64,000 nt of DNA, from the NCBI RefSeq assembly GCF_001194135.2, contig NC_068983.1, positions 166,579,371-166,643,370 on the forward strand. The letters run 5' to 3'. The notes beneath the pieces were generated by a model. It had not been told where the DNA came from. It did not search any database and saw nothing but the letters and a program-made list of their open reading frames with translations. The position numbers and the translations under genes are program-made. Below are positions 39,133 to 51,874 of this stretch, in pieces; the stretch's first letter is position 1, and every line of letters starts with the position of its first letter. The DNA comes from Octopus bimaculoides (taxonomy: Eukaryota).

Positions 39133-39424
39133 GCCTACAAGGAAATTAAACTGTCGTGTTACCAACTTTGCTGACACCTGCCATGAATCTGTTACAGTAA
39201 TTCCAAGCCATGAACTGAATATATTGTCTGACTAAACCTCACACTCAACACTACACATGTTTCTGTTACCTTCACAATTTTGTTTTGTGACTAATTAGCT
39301 CTTACTTGCCATTCAAAAGGATCCAAGACATGTGGATATTTGATTTCTTACCTCATGTAAAAGCTGTATCATCGATTCTAAATAAATTTTATTTATTTTG
39401 GTAAACAGTCTTCATCTACTTCTA

Positions 39425-40020
39425 CACACCCGATACGCTAATTGTCTATTATGGCTTCGTCAGTAATCGATTTTGCTGCGATGTTGTTGTCATCGACGTA
39501 TTCATCAAAGGAGTCAGGTAAGTCGACTCCTACTTGTCTTGCTCGTCAAAACAATTCTACGAGTGGTCTTCTGCCATTTATGTCATCGGTAGGGTTCAGG
39601 GTATTGTTGGAAAATCCAGCTTCTTTGAAGCAATTTGCCATTGTGTTTCTCGTGACAGATGACCAGGCACATTGCCATAAACGCAGAGCATTGTAATCAT
39701 CTCGTAATCTTATAAATATGTGTTTTAACTCCTTTGTGTTTTCAAATACACATGAACAGTAAATGCAAAATAAATATGTTTACTAACTTCTGTTTGTGAT
39801 TCTCCAAAATACATCCTTATTACTGTTTGGTTTGTATATAACAGAATTATTGAATTATGATAGCAAAAAGATCTGATGTGCACTCAGTTCAAGTTTTCTT
39901 TACACTTTGAGACAATAGGAGTAACGATAAAGTATTATTATATTGATGGGACACTAATTTACTTGGAGTTAAGCGAATGTTCAACTTAACTGACTTCGAG
40001 TTAAGCATAGCTTGTCACAT
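39425..40020 (-). mobile_element. pogo/Tigger transposase C-terminal remnant with probable element end
   Basis: Minus strand reads ALRLWQCAWSSVTRNTMANCFKEAGF...FDEYVDD...ITDEAII, matching the Tigger/TIGD AWxxVTxxTIxNCFxKAGF motif. GAGTTAAG sub-terminal repeats near 39965-40005. Confidence 0.8.
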
Positions 40021-40106
40021 GTAAAACAGTGTCTTGGGGTCGGGGCCAGAAAAAAATTCAACACAACTGAATGTTCAACTTACCCTGCTTCAACACGAGA
40101 TTTTAC

Positions 40107-40138
<32 letters not shown>

Positions 40139-40529
40139 GCCAAATCAGATTGGAGCCTGGTGTCGCCTCCTGGTCCACCAGTCCTCAGTCAAATCGTCCA
40201 ACCCATGCTAGCATGGAAAGTGGACGTTAAAAGATGATGATGATGATATATATATATATATTATATGTGTGTGTGTGTGTGTAAATATAGGTTTAGTGAT
40301 GCATGCAGGAAAATATAGAACTCAAAACCTGAATGTATGTATATAAATGTGTGTATGTAAACATACACACGTACACAGAGGAAGAGAGATGTATATTTTG
40401 CAGTCCCCTACTTTTCCATATGTAATTCTATATGGAACTAAAAAGAAAAAAAACACAAATAAGGATTACAAAATTAGAAACATATAAGGCATCTAAATAT
40501 GTGTGTGTGTGCATGTGTACATAACTCTT

Positions 40530-40599
<70 letters not shown>

Positions 40600-41724
40600 A
40601 TCATTTTCTTCCTCTTCTTCCTTATCTTCCTCCCCACCTTCATTTCCTATTCTCACTATAATCATCACATATCAACCCATACAGGTTTCCACTCTTGACA
40701 TCTTAAATTTTCGGTAAATTATATGAAGCAGATGAAATTCTACATTCCCCACCGCCCATGGACATTTTTATTTATTTTTATTAAAGATTATTTTCTTTTT
40801 GCATTTTGCTTTGAGGCATTTTTCCCCCTAATTCCCAAATAGTTAAATTAATAACCACCACCACCAAATGATGGGTAGGTGGTACTTTTGATGCAAGAAC
40901 CGTTTCTGGAAAGGAAACATAATTGGTGATTCCATTGTATTGTTATTAACTGGGCTGTAAGTTGTTGATCAGTGGAGAACTTTACAAAGGAAACAAAAAT
41001 CCTGACAGTGTTAAAAAAGGGGGGAAATCAGGCTTTTATATACTAAGATTTTTGATTTTATTCCATTTTATTCTGCCAAAGAAAACATGCTTTTATAAAT
41101 TTTAACAGAAACAAATAGACAATTTCCTGTTTTTATATCTGGATTTAAATGTAGAATTAGTTTTGTTAACTTTCAGTTTTTAAATTTGCTCTCTGGAAGT
41201 TAAAAAGGCATTTAAAAAATTTATTTTTTGGTTTTTAAATTTTAAAATTATAAGCTTGTATCTGTTATTGTTCTTGGTTTGCAGTATTTTCTTAAAGTAT
41301 AAATTATATTTCTCTCTGTTTATAAAGCTTTCATTTTTTAAAATATTTTAAACTTTTAACTGTAGTTGTATATTTATGCCAGTTAGGAAGGAAAGTAACA
41401 CTTTCCCATAATGTTTTCTTTTTATTATTTGAGGCACAGTTCTGTAGCAGAAATACAATTTTAATCCAATGCATTTTAGAGGCGAAACCAAGCTTTATGA
41501 AATCTCTCTCTTTCTCTCTTTCAATTTCTCTGACCTCTCATTCATAAACCTTACTCTATTGTAGCTCAAATTCATAATTGAGATCAAATCAACATCAACA
41601 TGACACTAAAAGATATTGAAGACAATCAATAAACTCATAAGTTTTCCAATAAGAATCATCATCGGTAGACGGACAATTTGTTGACAGGCAGTTGGCCAGA
41701 AGACAACTTACAGACAGGACAATT

Positions 41725-41853
41725 GTGTGGCAGGGTGCAGAGTCCTGTTGCTAGACACAGGGTGTTCTAGCAATCACCCTCTTGACCCAAGGCAGCACAA
41801 CCTCCTCCAGGCACTTGAGGTAGGCCTCCCTGTTGAGCCTGAGGCCGTGTGGG
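41725..41853 (-). mobile_element. Short maT/mariner transposase fragment
   Basis: Translates PHGLRLNREAYLKCLEEVVLPWVKRVIARTPCV*QQDSAPCHT, including the second catalytic Asp motif. Confidence 0.85.
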
Positions 41854-42049
41854 AATTGTCTGTCAGCAAATTGTCTGCACACATTATCATCATGGCTTTA
41901 ACGTACACAGGCAGAGCCCTTGCTTTCACGAACCCTCTTATGTTTACAAACAAGTTAATATTTATCCATGGCTGCACAGGTTTTGCACAGAAAATGGGAA
42001 ACAAAGAAACATTGATTTTGTGTGTGTGTGTGTGTGTGTGTGATGATGG

Positions 42050-43493
42050 AGTGAAATTTAGGATTTCTCGGGGGTTTTTTAAATCAATTTTGATAAAACT
42101 TTCCCCATCTGGTTTGCACACCATCATTATGCTTTTGTTATTCTGAGTAACATCTTTTCTTCTTTATTTCAGATTCTTCAATTTTGGGGTGAACCACATT
42201 AATAGCCTTTGAATGAAAATAACCCATGTAGACATTTTTTCCCCAGAAAATGAAGGGTAATGATACATATTAAGCAGACATTGAGTATATATTTAACTGA
42301 AAACTATGATATTATAACATTTATTGACATAATGAATTATTTAGCCACATGAGCACCATTTCAATGGATAATTTCAAAAACCCTATCAGTCATGGAGTCT
42401 TGTCAATTTCTTAATAGTCGCAGGTTGGTCTGCCTCTGCTGCAGCTTTGATGGTCGCCTCTAAGACCTCTTTCGACATGAATTGGCATCCATCATCATAA
42501 ACATCTTGTTTAATGATGGACCAAAGATTTTCGATAGGGTTGAGATCTGGAGATGCTAACGGCCACACCATCAACCTTTCACCTTGTATGCTGTAAGACC
42601 CTAGGAATGTTTGGGTGGTCCTGGCAGAGTGGGAGGGAGCGTTGTCCTGCATGAATACAAGATTCCTTAGAAGCGACAGTGGTATGTCATCTAGCCAGGG
42701 ATCTAAGACCTCTTTCAGGAGATTGCAGTAGGCTGCTGCAGTCACTTTAACCTTTCCAGGCACCCTGACTGGGCCAACAAGTCTGTCCCCAATGATACCA
42801 GCCCACAACATGACTCCTCCACTCTGTTGGTGATGTTCATCTCCAAAATAGACCAAACCATTTTCCCAACTGTCAGGTTCATCACTGGTTGCCCTGGTTT
42901 CGTCAGTGAACAGAACACAACTCATGGTCTAACGTCATGTACTTATGGGCCCATTAAAGCCTCAAACTCCTGTGGAGAAGCAGTTTCAGGGGTTCTCGCA
43001 TGGAAGCCATGCTTTTCAGTACATGAGGAAGTCTGGAGGCAGAGGAAACGGCTTTGCTTGTTTGTCCAGATTTCCCACATAACTTGCGGCCAATATTCCT
43101 TGAATCCCTAGCTGTCATAGTCTTGGAGGTCTCACAATCAGATTGTTTCTTCCTTGGCGCTCATGTGGCTAAATGATTCATTATGACAATAAATGTTATG
43201 ATATTATTATGGTTTTCTATTAAATATATATTCAATGTATGCTTAATATGTATCGTTACCCTTCATTTTCTGAAAAAACAAAAGAAAAAAAAACCGGCCT
43301 GGATGGTCTATTTTTATTGAAAAGTTATTAGCATGGTTCACCCAGAAACTGAAGAATCTAAAATAAAAAAAAGAAAGGACATTACACAGAATAATGAAAA
43401 CATAACAGTGGTGGTGCCATCGTGTGCAAAGAAGCTGGGAAAAGTTTTATCAAAATTGATTCACAGAAAACCTAGAAATCCTAAATTTCACTG
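42050..43493 (-). mobile_element. Tc1-like DNA transposon, DD37E (TRT-like), with long TIRs
   Basis: ORF 42386-42925 has VLFTDE...FMQDNAPSH...WPLASPDLNPIENLW, with 37 residues between the second D and E. Inverted repeats at ~42050-42358 and 43155-43493 begin (C)AGTGAAATTTAGGATTTC. Confidence 0.93.
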
Positions 43494-45080
43494 CTAAGCT
43501 ATTAGCATGGTTCTGGGTGTAAATAGAGATAATGGAGCCTGGTACAGCTCTCTGGCTCACCAGTTCCAGTCAAACCGTCTAACCCATGCCAGCATAGAAA
43601 ACAGATGCTAAATGATGATGATATATAATTCTAGATTGGTGAAATAACAGAATCACTTAGTAGTTTTCCAGTGTAACTCAACCGGTTATCGTTTCTACTT
43701 AAAGCTGTCCTCTTATAGCAATGAAGTAAATTTTATTTCTATTGCAATTGCTGTGTCCACTTAAGCCTTCATAAGAACTTGTTTAAGTGGAATGAAAATC
43801 ATTTCTACATTTATATCATATAACTAAGTTTTTTCCTTTCCAAGCCCATCCTCTGAGAACTTTCTGAAAAAGAGATTCAGCTCTTGAAAAAGACCCTGGC
43901 TTGTGTTCCTAGTTTGCTTTTAAGGGGCCAGACCTCAAAACAAGATTCATCTAATTGTTTACAAAATGAGTGACAACTTAAAAAGATAAAACAGATAAAG
44001 AAAAATCCAGCATAACGAGGTTAACAGTACAATTATAAATGTGTCTGTATTTAGCAAATGCAGAGTTGAATTCCTCTGAAAGGAAGCTAAGAGTTTGGAG
44101 ATAAAATTTAATCCTGTAACTTTTAAATATTAAAACTTATGATTCTCTTTCCCTTGAAACCAAACAATATGCACAAAGCATCATCATCATCATCATCATC
44201 ATCATCGTCCTTCCACATCTGTTTTCCATGCTGGTATGGGTTGGACAATTTGACAGGAGCCAGCAACTTCATAATTGAAAACAGAATCTTGATAAAACAT
44301 TTCCATGCAACATTGTTAACATTGCTAATAGAGTTTATTGTGTTTCTTAAATGTCGTAGATTCTTCAGAAACATCAAGTGATTCGCATAACTTAGTTGAG
44401 GTCTTTTTCTAGATTCTTCTTTAAAATTTATTAGGCCAATGTATCTACTTCAAAAATAGATTCTTTTGATTTGTGTCTGATTGGACCAAATGAAAGGCAA
44501 AAGCACTGAACACATGTAGTAGGAGCGACATATTATTTGAAACAGTTTGGTTCAGCCTCATGCAACTTAGTTTGCTGGGTTCTTCACAGAAACCTGGCCA
44601 GTTGGGCTCAAGCACCTCACCCTGACGAGCTAAGTTTCTCTAGGAAGACCTACTAAGTTGCACACGGCTGAATTACATTGTTCTAAATAATAGTAATCAT
44701 CATCATCATCATCGTTTAATATCCGTTTTCCATGCTGGCATGGGTTGAATGGTTCGACTGGGGTCTGGGAAGCCAGGAGGCTGCACCAGGCCCTAATCTG
44801 ATTTGGCAGAGTTTCTACAGCTGGATCGAGAATGTAGTGGGTGCTCTTATGTGCCACTGGCACAGATAATAATAAAAATTCTTTCTACTATAGGCACATG
44901 GCCTGAAATTTGGGGAAGGAGGATAGCTAATTACATTGACCCCAGTGTGTAACTGGTACTTATTTAAGCAACTCCAAAAAGATGAAAGGCAAAGTTGGCC
45001 CCAGTAGAATTTGAACTCAGAACGTGAAGACGGACGAAATACTGCTAAGCATGTTAACGATTCTGCCAGCTTGCCACCTT

Positions 45081-45161
45081 GATAATAGTAATTATGATAA
45101 TGATAATAGTAATTATGATAATGATAATAATAATTATGATAATGATAATAGTAATTATGAT
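45081..45161 (+). repeat. 21-bp tandem repeat (GATAATAGTAATTATGATAAT)~4
   Basis: Directly visible periodicity. Confidence 0.9.
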
Positions 45162-45655
45162 CCTTTTAACATTTGTTTTCCATGCTGGCATGGGTTGGAT
45201 AGTTTGACAGCAAACTCCATTTCCAACTTTGACATGCTTTCTATGGCTTGATGCCTTTCCTAATATGCCAACCACCTCAGTGTTTACTAGGTGCTTTTGG
45301 GAAGCAAACTTCTTAACCAGAAACCCATTCCTGTGTGTGTGTGTGTGTGTGTGTGTGTGCACTCATGCAAGCAGGCATAGCTATGTGGTTCACTTCTACC
45401 ACATGGCCATGTGGTTAAAAAGGTCACTTCCCTACCACATGGGTTCAGATTCACTCCTACTGTGCAGTGCTTTGGGTCTTCTATTAAAGCTCCTGGGCAA
45501 CAAAGCCTTGTGAGTGAGTTTCTTAGATGGAATTTAATAGAAGCCCATCATGTATGTATATGTGGCCGGGGGGAGGGGGAGAAATAATTCCATCTAAATT
45601 TATATATGCTTGTGTGTGTTTGTTTACACTTGTCCTCTATGAAAGTGACCCTCTA

Positions 45656-46461
45656 CAGGTGGATTTATTTATTTTTTTGTTCTCAGTCCTGTCCGGAAAC
45701 TTTGAGACTTTTTTTTAAGAAGCACTTCCAACTGTCCTACAGAGTTGTAATTTTAGTATGTCATTCGGTCTACGTCCAGTAAGCTGACCTCCCAACATTT
45801 TTAAAATTTATTCCAGATTAAAGCAGACAGTTGTAACAGCATTTTCAACACACCCTACTCAACACTGCTTCTCGTAGCTGACTTTGTTAGTAAAACACAG
45901 TTGGGGCATTGAAGACAATTTAGGAGTTTGTGACTCTGGGCAAGAACGCTATTGAAACTGATGAGATACTGCCGACTGCTTAGGGATTGACTTTCTATAA
46001 GCCAAGCATCTGTTTTGTTGTTGACACCAGGGGCTGGGCTAAGCAGGTCCACCATGAAGCTCACAATGACCCCCTCTTTCACTAGCAAGGGCATCATCTA
46101 CTGGGTTCACTCTAACCAGACAGGCAACAAAAAGGACTTTTGAAGGAGTTCAGGAAAAGGTTTTCATTGCAAAAGACCTGAGGACACAGTTCTATCCTGG
46201 TAGCCAACTGAGGTGGGCATCAAAACTGCCCTTCACTCTTCCTACAGTCCAGGCCTTACCCTCTGTGATTGTTCCCCAAGCTGAAGAAGATGGAGGCAGT
46301 GGCCAGGGTCCTGGTCACCTCCACTTTGGAGGACTTCACAAAGTGGCCGCAGAGCATTACAGCAAGTGCACGGAAGTCAGAGGAGCATCCTACTATGGAT
46401 TTCTTTGAAATTGTTTAATGTCTTTTCTGGAAAAGTCTCAAAACTTCTGGAATGCACCCTG
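45656..46461 (+). mobile_element. Internally deleted, decayed mariner (classical YSPDLAPxD type)
   Basis: Plus-strand remnants GKNAIETDEILPTA (HTH), SKGIIYWV and GIKTALHSSYSPGLTLCD (~HPPYSPDLAPCD). TIR cores TCCGGAAACTTTGAGACTTTT (left, with a short insertion) and AAAAGTCTCAAAACTTCTGGAATGCACCCTG (right). TA at 45654-45655. Confidence 0.8.
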
Positions 46462-47199
46462 TGAAATCCACCCAACAAGCTTCTACACAGTTTCCATCAC
46501 CCAATTTCACTGACAAGGCTTGGATTAACCCAGGACTCTGTTAAAGCACACTTTACCAAGATGCCATGTAGTAGAATTGAACCCAGGACCTTGTGATTGT
46601 AAAAGCCAGCTTCTTAACTACCCAGCCACACTGTGTCCATTTATGATCACAATTAACCAATATAACAGTTCCTGCTATTTAGCCCCAGGTCAATATCTGA
46701 TTGAATAGACTTACAATCAAAACCGTTCCAGCCATGACCAGCCTGTCTTTCTCACAGGCATTGCACATCTAGGATTATTACATCATTTAATTGGGTGTCT
46801 ATCTCTCTCTTTTCAAGTTGGCAGGATGGTTTGAGGGAGATTTGGTGTTTATTTTTAGCAGAATCAGTGACTCCCCTCCCACATAAATTAACTATAAATA
46901 GCAGGAAGTATTTAATAAACTTACTAAAATTTTAAATTAATTATTCTATTCAGTGTGTCATTTTAGATTGGTTATTTTCAGTCTCTTAATAATAATGTGA
47001 GGGTGTAAGAACTTTTATGCTTTTGTTCAGCAGACACAAAATGGTTTCATGGTGCCATTTAGACATTACTACTGAGATGGAACTATTTATTTATCACAAG
47101 ACTTGTCTTTTTGTAATTTCCATTTTATTTCCTAATGGAATTATATAAATGGCAGTGTTGGAACTGTTGTTTGCTCATTGGGTAACATCTAAATACATT

Positions 47200-47640
47200 T
47201 ATGGAATTGTTATAAACTGGAATTTGTTGGTTTAGTTTTGGAAAGTTAGATAAACTTTGATATGTTTTGGCCCAAAATTGGTCCCACGCCATGTCTTAAT
47301 TTAATAGACATGGCCCTTAACAAGTATTCCTTGAAGTGATTTGTCCAGATATTGTTTAATGGAGATAGGGGTCTTTTTCTTTTCTGATTTGTTTTTGGGA
47401 TAATGTTAAATAGAGCAGAGCCTGTTGAGGAAGAGAAATTGTATTGCAGTTTATATTTGTGTTGTGGGGGCTGAATTATGGAGGGGACATATAGCATGGA
47501 GTCCCCAGCCTTAGATGTATTCTGAAATTGATGTTAAAGTTGTCTGGGGCAATAATGGTGGTATTTTCTGCAAATGATGTAGCACTCAATCTGGTGTTGG
47601 AGAGAACAAAATTCCAATGAAAATGCAAAACTAATTCTCC
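47200..47640 (-). mobile_element. CR1/L2-type LINE 3' remnant
   Basis: ORF 47246-47497 contains NFSSSTGSALFNIIPK, resembling the NSF..GPxLFNxLP C-terminal motif of CR1-like RTs. Confidence 0.55.
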
Positions 47641-47898
47641 AAGTTTGTTAATGGGTCCAGTTTAATTTTCTCGTGCGTTAAGGGACCAGAATTTCAAATA
47701 ATAAATTCAGGGTAGTTTTAGTCTGGTACTTTTTTTGTTTTTGTTTTCGTTTTTGGATTTGGCTTGCAAGATTCTTTATGTGAGTTCGTGTGTTGAAGCA
47801 TATTCTGTTGTCTGGGGAGAGTCATTGTCTTTTGGTGCCTTATAATTTAACACACTCACTGGTAAAATTTCCACTCATTTACTTATTCTTTTTTTCAT

Positions 47899-48283
47899 TC
47901 TTTTACTCATTTCAGTCATTTGACTGTGGCCATGCTGGAACACTGCCTTTAGTTGAGCAAATCGACCCCAGGACTTATTCTCTGTAAGCCTAGTATTTAT
48001 TCTAATCGGTCTCTTTTGCGAACCGCTAAGTTACAGGGATGTAAACACACCAGCATCGGTTGTCAAGCAATACTGGGGGGGATGGGGACAAACAGACACA
48101 CACACACACACACACACATACACACACACATATATACATACGATGGGCTTCTTTCAGTTTCTGTCTACCAAATCCACTCACAAGGCTTTGGTCGGCTCGA
48201 GGCTATAGTAGAAGACACTTGCCCAAGGTGTCATGCAGTGGGACTGAACCCGGAACCATGTGGTTACCACACAGCTGCTCTTG
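47899..48283 (-). mobile_element. tRNA-derived SINE family A, near full length
   Basis: Reverse complement of the 34569-34941 family with an internal (CA)n. Partial copies at about 1385-1570, 5740-5985, 10935-11210, 11690-11900, 14280-14580, 24170-24465, 46480-46630, 52950-53110, 54015-54175. Confidence 0.88.
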
Positions 48284-48888
48284 AAAAAGTTGCAAGATGC
48301 AACAAAAGTTTTAGAAAAACAAATAAGTAAATGAGTGGAAATTTTACCAGTGAGTGTATTAAATAGGCACTAAAAGAGAAGGACTCTCCCCAGACACAAC
48401 AACTTTTTTTCTTTTTTTGTGAAATCCTCACAACCACCAAAGGTATTAACCCTCCCTCCTCAGTAACTCTCCTAGATTTACTTTTTCCATTGGTGCCTCT
48501 ATGGACTCCCCTCTACATTCTTTGGATTCCAAATGTTTTACTCTTAACTATTGAATATTATTATCCCAAGTGGAAAGAGAAAATGTTTAATATGATTCTT
48601 TATTTTAGAATATTTATAGAATGTTTTACAAACGATTAAACCCGAAGAAATTCAAAATAAAGTGTTGCAGAAGGAATATATAGTTAATAATGGCAACTGG
48701 AATGGTGAGATCTTTCAATCAAATATTCAGTAGAATTTGAGGAAAGTGATAAGCTGTCTGCATTGGTAAGATTATAATTCAGGAAAATATATTCAAAAAT
48801 AGTTATTAATAGTAATATGTTTTAATAATAATATTAAGAAGAAATATAAAACAGCTAAAACAAAATTCTCTATTAGCAGAACCCTTCA

Positions 48889-49038
48889 TCACTGTGCCAC
48901 CAAGAGCTCTTTCTCACTGTCTTTCTCTCTGCAGGAAACGTTGCTTGGTCTGTTGAGTGTTAAATTTCTGAGTGGAGAAATAAAGTTGGAGAGAGAAGTA
49001 GGAAGGGAGAGAACTCTTCTCTTGACTGTTTTATTGGC
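48889..49038 (-). CDS. Candidate terminal coding exon of an unidentified minus-strand gene
   Basis: TATTTCCTAAG|GCC... ANKTVKRRVLSLPTSLSNFISPLRNLTLNRPSNVSCREKDSEKELLVAQ, then TGATGA, an AT-rich 3' region and AATAAA near 48600. Confidence 0.35.
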   Translation of the reverse strand, partial: ANKTVKRRVLSLPTSLSNFISPLRNLTLNRPSNVSCREKDSEKELLVAQ

Positions 49039-49819
49039 CTTAGGAAATAGTAACATTTGATATCTGTTAAAACTGTTTAAATCATTAGGAATTAAAACAA
49101 AAAAAAAAACAAAAAAACATTTCATTTCTAAATCGTCATTTTCTTTATCTTTTTTTCAACTTTCTGCCTAATAGAAGTGAATATTTAGAATTTATTTTTA
49201 TAACAATAATTTATTGAAAATAAATCCCTTCTCCAACTATTTTGTTATTTTTTTTCTTTCTCTTTGACTAATCTCTTTTCTCATCAAGATAATTATCAGT
49301 GTTCTTGACAAAGAATAACTTGTTGAATCTATTTTGAGAATTCAATGAAATATCAAAGAGAACAAACTTCTTTCAAATAAACTAAATTTGGTGCCACTGA
49401 TTTGTTTTAGTTTAACAGAAATTTTTGTTGGTGTGTTTGGTAATTATAATTCCATGTTTGTCAACTGAATTTTGAAGGAATATTAATCCTTAGAGTCACC
49501 ATATTTCTCCCAAAAGTTCACTGTTTTTGTTTCAATTCATTTTGAAAATAATGAAGAATTTAGTAAAATATCTTTTGTCATTCTTTCAGTTGATGTGTGG
49601 GACATAAAATTAATCTAGAAATTGATGGAGGTTTTCGTTTGTAGCATAGAACCTGGGTGCTTTCAGGCAGGTTGGTATGAAAATGGGTTAAGACCAAGAA
49701 AATAAAGAATAAAAGACATTTAATGAAATCTAAATTTACTGTTAGCTTCCTTTTTCTTTTTTGCTATGAGAAGTTCTTTTCATTTGTAACAGTTTCTAAA
49801 ATTACTGCCATGGGCAGAG

Positions 49820-50378
49820 ATTTTGTTATGTGCTTCAGAAGTTTGCTTCCCAATCAAACGATTGAAGTTTCAGTCCCACTCTATGGCACCTAAACCCAAG
49901 TGTGCCGTTTCTGTTATGGCATCAAACTAACAAAAGCCTTGGGAGTTGATTTAGATTAACAGAAACTGAAAGAAGGGACAAGGTGGTGAAGCCTGACCTT
50001 CGAACGTTGGGCCTCACAGAGGCAATGACAAGTGACCAAGACCTTTGGAGATATGCTGTGATTGAGAAGACCCAGCAAGCCAAGTGAGATTGTAGCCGTG
50101 GCCGATGCCAGTACCGCCTGACTTGCACCCATGCCAGTGGTTAGTAAAAAGCACCATTTGAGCATGGCCAATGCCAGTGCCACCTGACTGGCTCCCATGC
50201 TGGTGGCACACTACACTCTCTACACTCTCAGAGTGGTTGGCATTAGGAAGGGCATCCAGCTGTAGAAACCTAGCCAGATCAGATTGGAGCCTGGTGCAGC
50301 TTCCTGGCTTGTCAGTCCTCAGTCAAACCATCCAATCCATGCCAGTATGGGAAGTGGACGTTAAACGATGATGATGAT
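49820..50378 (+). mobile_element. Chimera of tRNA-SINE head and RTE LINE ORF end plus 3' UTR
   Basis: SINE head and body to ...AACTGAAAGAAG, then VVKPDLRTLGLTEAMTSDQDLWRYAVIEKTQQAK* (stop 50085-50087), 3' UTR and (GAT)n. Confidence 0.75.
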
Positions 50379-51580
50379 GTGTGTGTTTGTCTCTCCTTGT
50401 CTTGACTTGCATGATTTGAAGCAGTATCATTCTGCAAGGACATGTCTTTCTATGGGAAAATATTACCTTGCTTGGAAACAAGTGAAGATTGATAACAGGA
50501 AGGAACATCTCCTCAAAACCTGCATCAATAAACTCTGCCGACCCATGCAAGCACAGAAGAGTGGATGTTAAATTGGTGATGATATCTGGTTAATTGAGTG
50601 GTCTTATTAGTGAGCACCTAAATAATTGGATTATTATAAAAACTAATTTCACTGTTTATTATCTTTTTGTACATTTTATATAAAAGATTAGAAGTAATCT
50701 AAATATGCTTGATTCTGATTGTACTAAGCATATAAACCCAACAGATTAAACAAAATTAATACAAGAAAACAAAAAAGTCCCTTTGTTTGGGATTAGTTCA
50801 TTTTGGTTCAATATTTGCAGGAAAAGTTTGAGCAGGGTTTTTTTGTTGTTTTTTTTTTCTGTTGCCTGCATTCCATATTTCTCTGGAGATAAGGAATTTG
50901 ATAGTCTAACTTGTTAAAATACAACCAGTCATTCTTTAAAGAGAATTGAGAAAAGGTTTTGATTTTGAATCTGTGGAGTTAATGAAAGGAATTAGGGTGT
51001 GATTACATTTAACGATTTCTTGGAAATATAACAGAAAGAAGCTATAATAGTCCCATTGGTTAACTTGTCATCATCATCCTTTAATGTGCCTGTTCCAGGC
51101 TGGCATGGATTGGATGCTTTGATAGGACTTGCTGGGCCCCAGTGCCCCTCCTATGGCATGGATGTCTTTCCTAACATCAGTCACTTCACAAGTGAGTTTA
51201 TCATGCAACTTGCAAGAGTACAAATTTCAAAAAGGGACTGAAGTATGAAAGAAGGAGGCCAAAGCAGAATAGGGTTCTTGTAGAGGGTCCACATAGCTAC
51301 TCACATTTTAGAAGAGAGGATCTGAGTGATTGAGTGGAGCTGGGAAGAGATGTAAATAATGATGGGGTGTCAGGGTAGAAATAAGAGAGGTAGAAGAACC
51401 AGGAGGGGGTTAGCTGGAAGATAATGTTAAAACAAGAAAGCAAAAATGTATTTTTCTCATCCTCACTGTCATTCTATAAATAAATATCTGTACATGTCTA
51501 TCTTGGTACAATGGACTAAAAGCAGGAAACATTGGTCTGACAAAGCCGATTGTCTGTAGGTGCCAACACTAAGGTAAGGG

Positions 51581-51717
51581 ACATTATTGACAATGGACAG
51601 ACAGGTATCCTCACCTTGTTTGTTGTCATCACAAAGTTTCAGCTGATTTACTCTCCAGCCTCCATCAGGGGCTCTACCCTTTATTTGACTAATGGGGGTA
51701 CACTGTTCTCATTCTTA
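51581..51717 (-). repeat. Inverted second copy of the Penelope-like terminal repeat
   Basis: Reverse complement aligns to 52116-52266 (AATGAGAAC...AAATAAAGGGTAG...CTGATG..AGGCTGGAGAGTAAATCAGCTGA...CTGTCCATTGT.AATAATGT). Confidence 0.85.
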
Positions 51718-51874
51718 AAAGTAATGGTTAAGATAAGACAGAGAACCCCGTTAGGAAATAGTGAAGCCTGGCACAGCCTTCCATCGTGCCAGCCCAGTCA
51801 AACCGTCCAACCCATACCAGCATGGACAGGACACCGGATGTTAAATGATGATGATGATGATGATGATGCAGCAC

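Noticed and set aside
43858-43973. Plus-strand exon candidate LSEKEIQLLKKTLACVPSLLLRGQTSKQDSSNCLQNE*
   Set aside because: Good pyrimidine tract but only 38 codons, no recognised family, and no linked exons.
45855-46097. 80-aa minus-strand ORF as a gene
   Set aside because: It is the antisense of the decayed mariner transposase.
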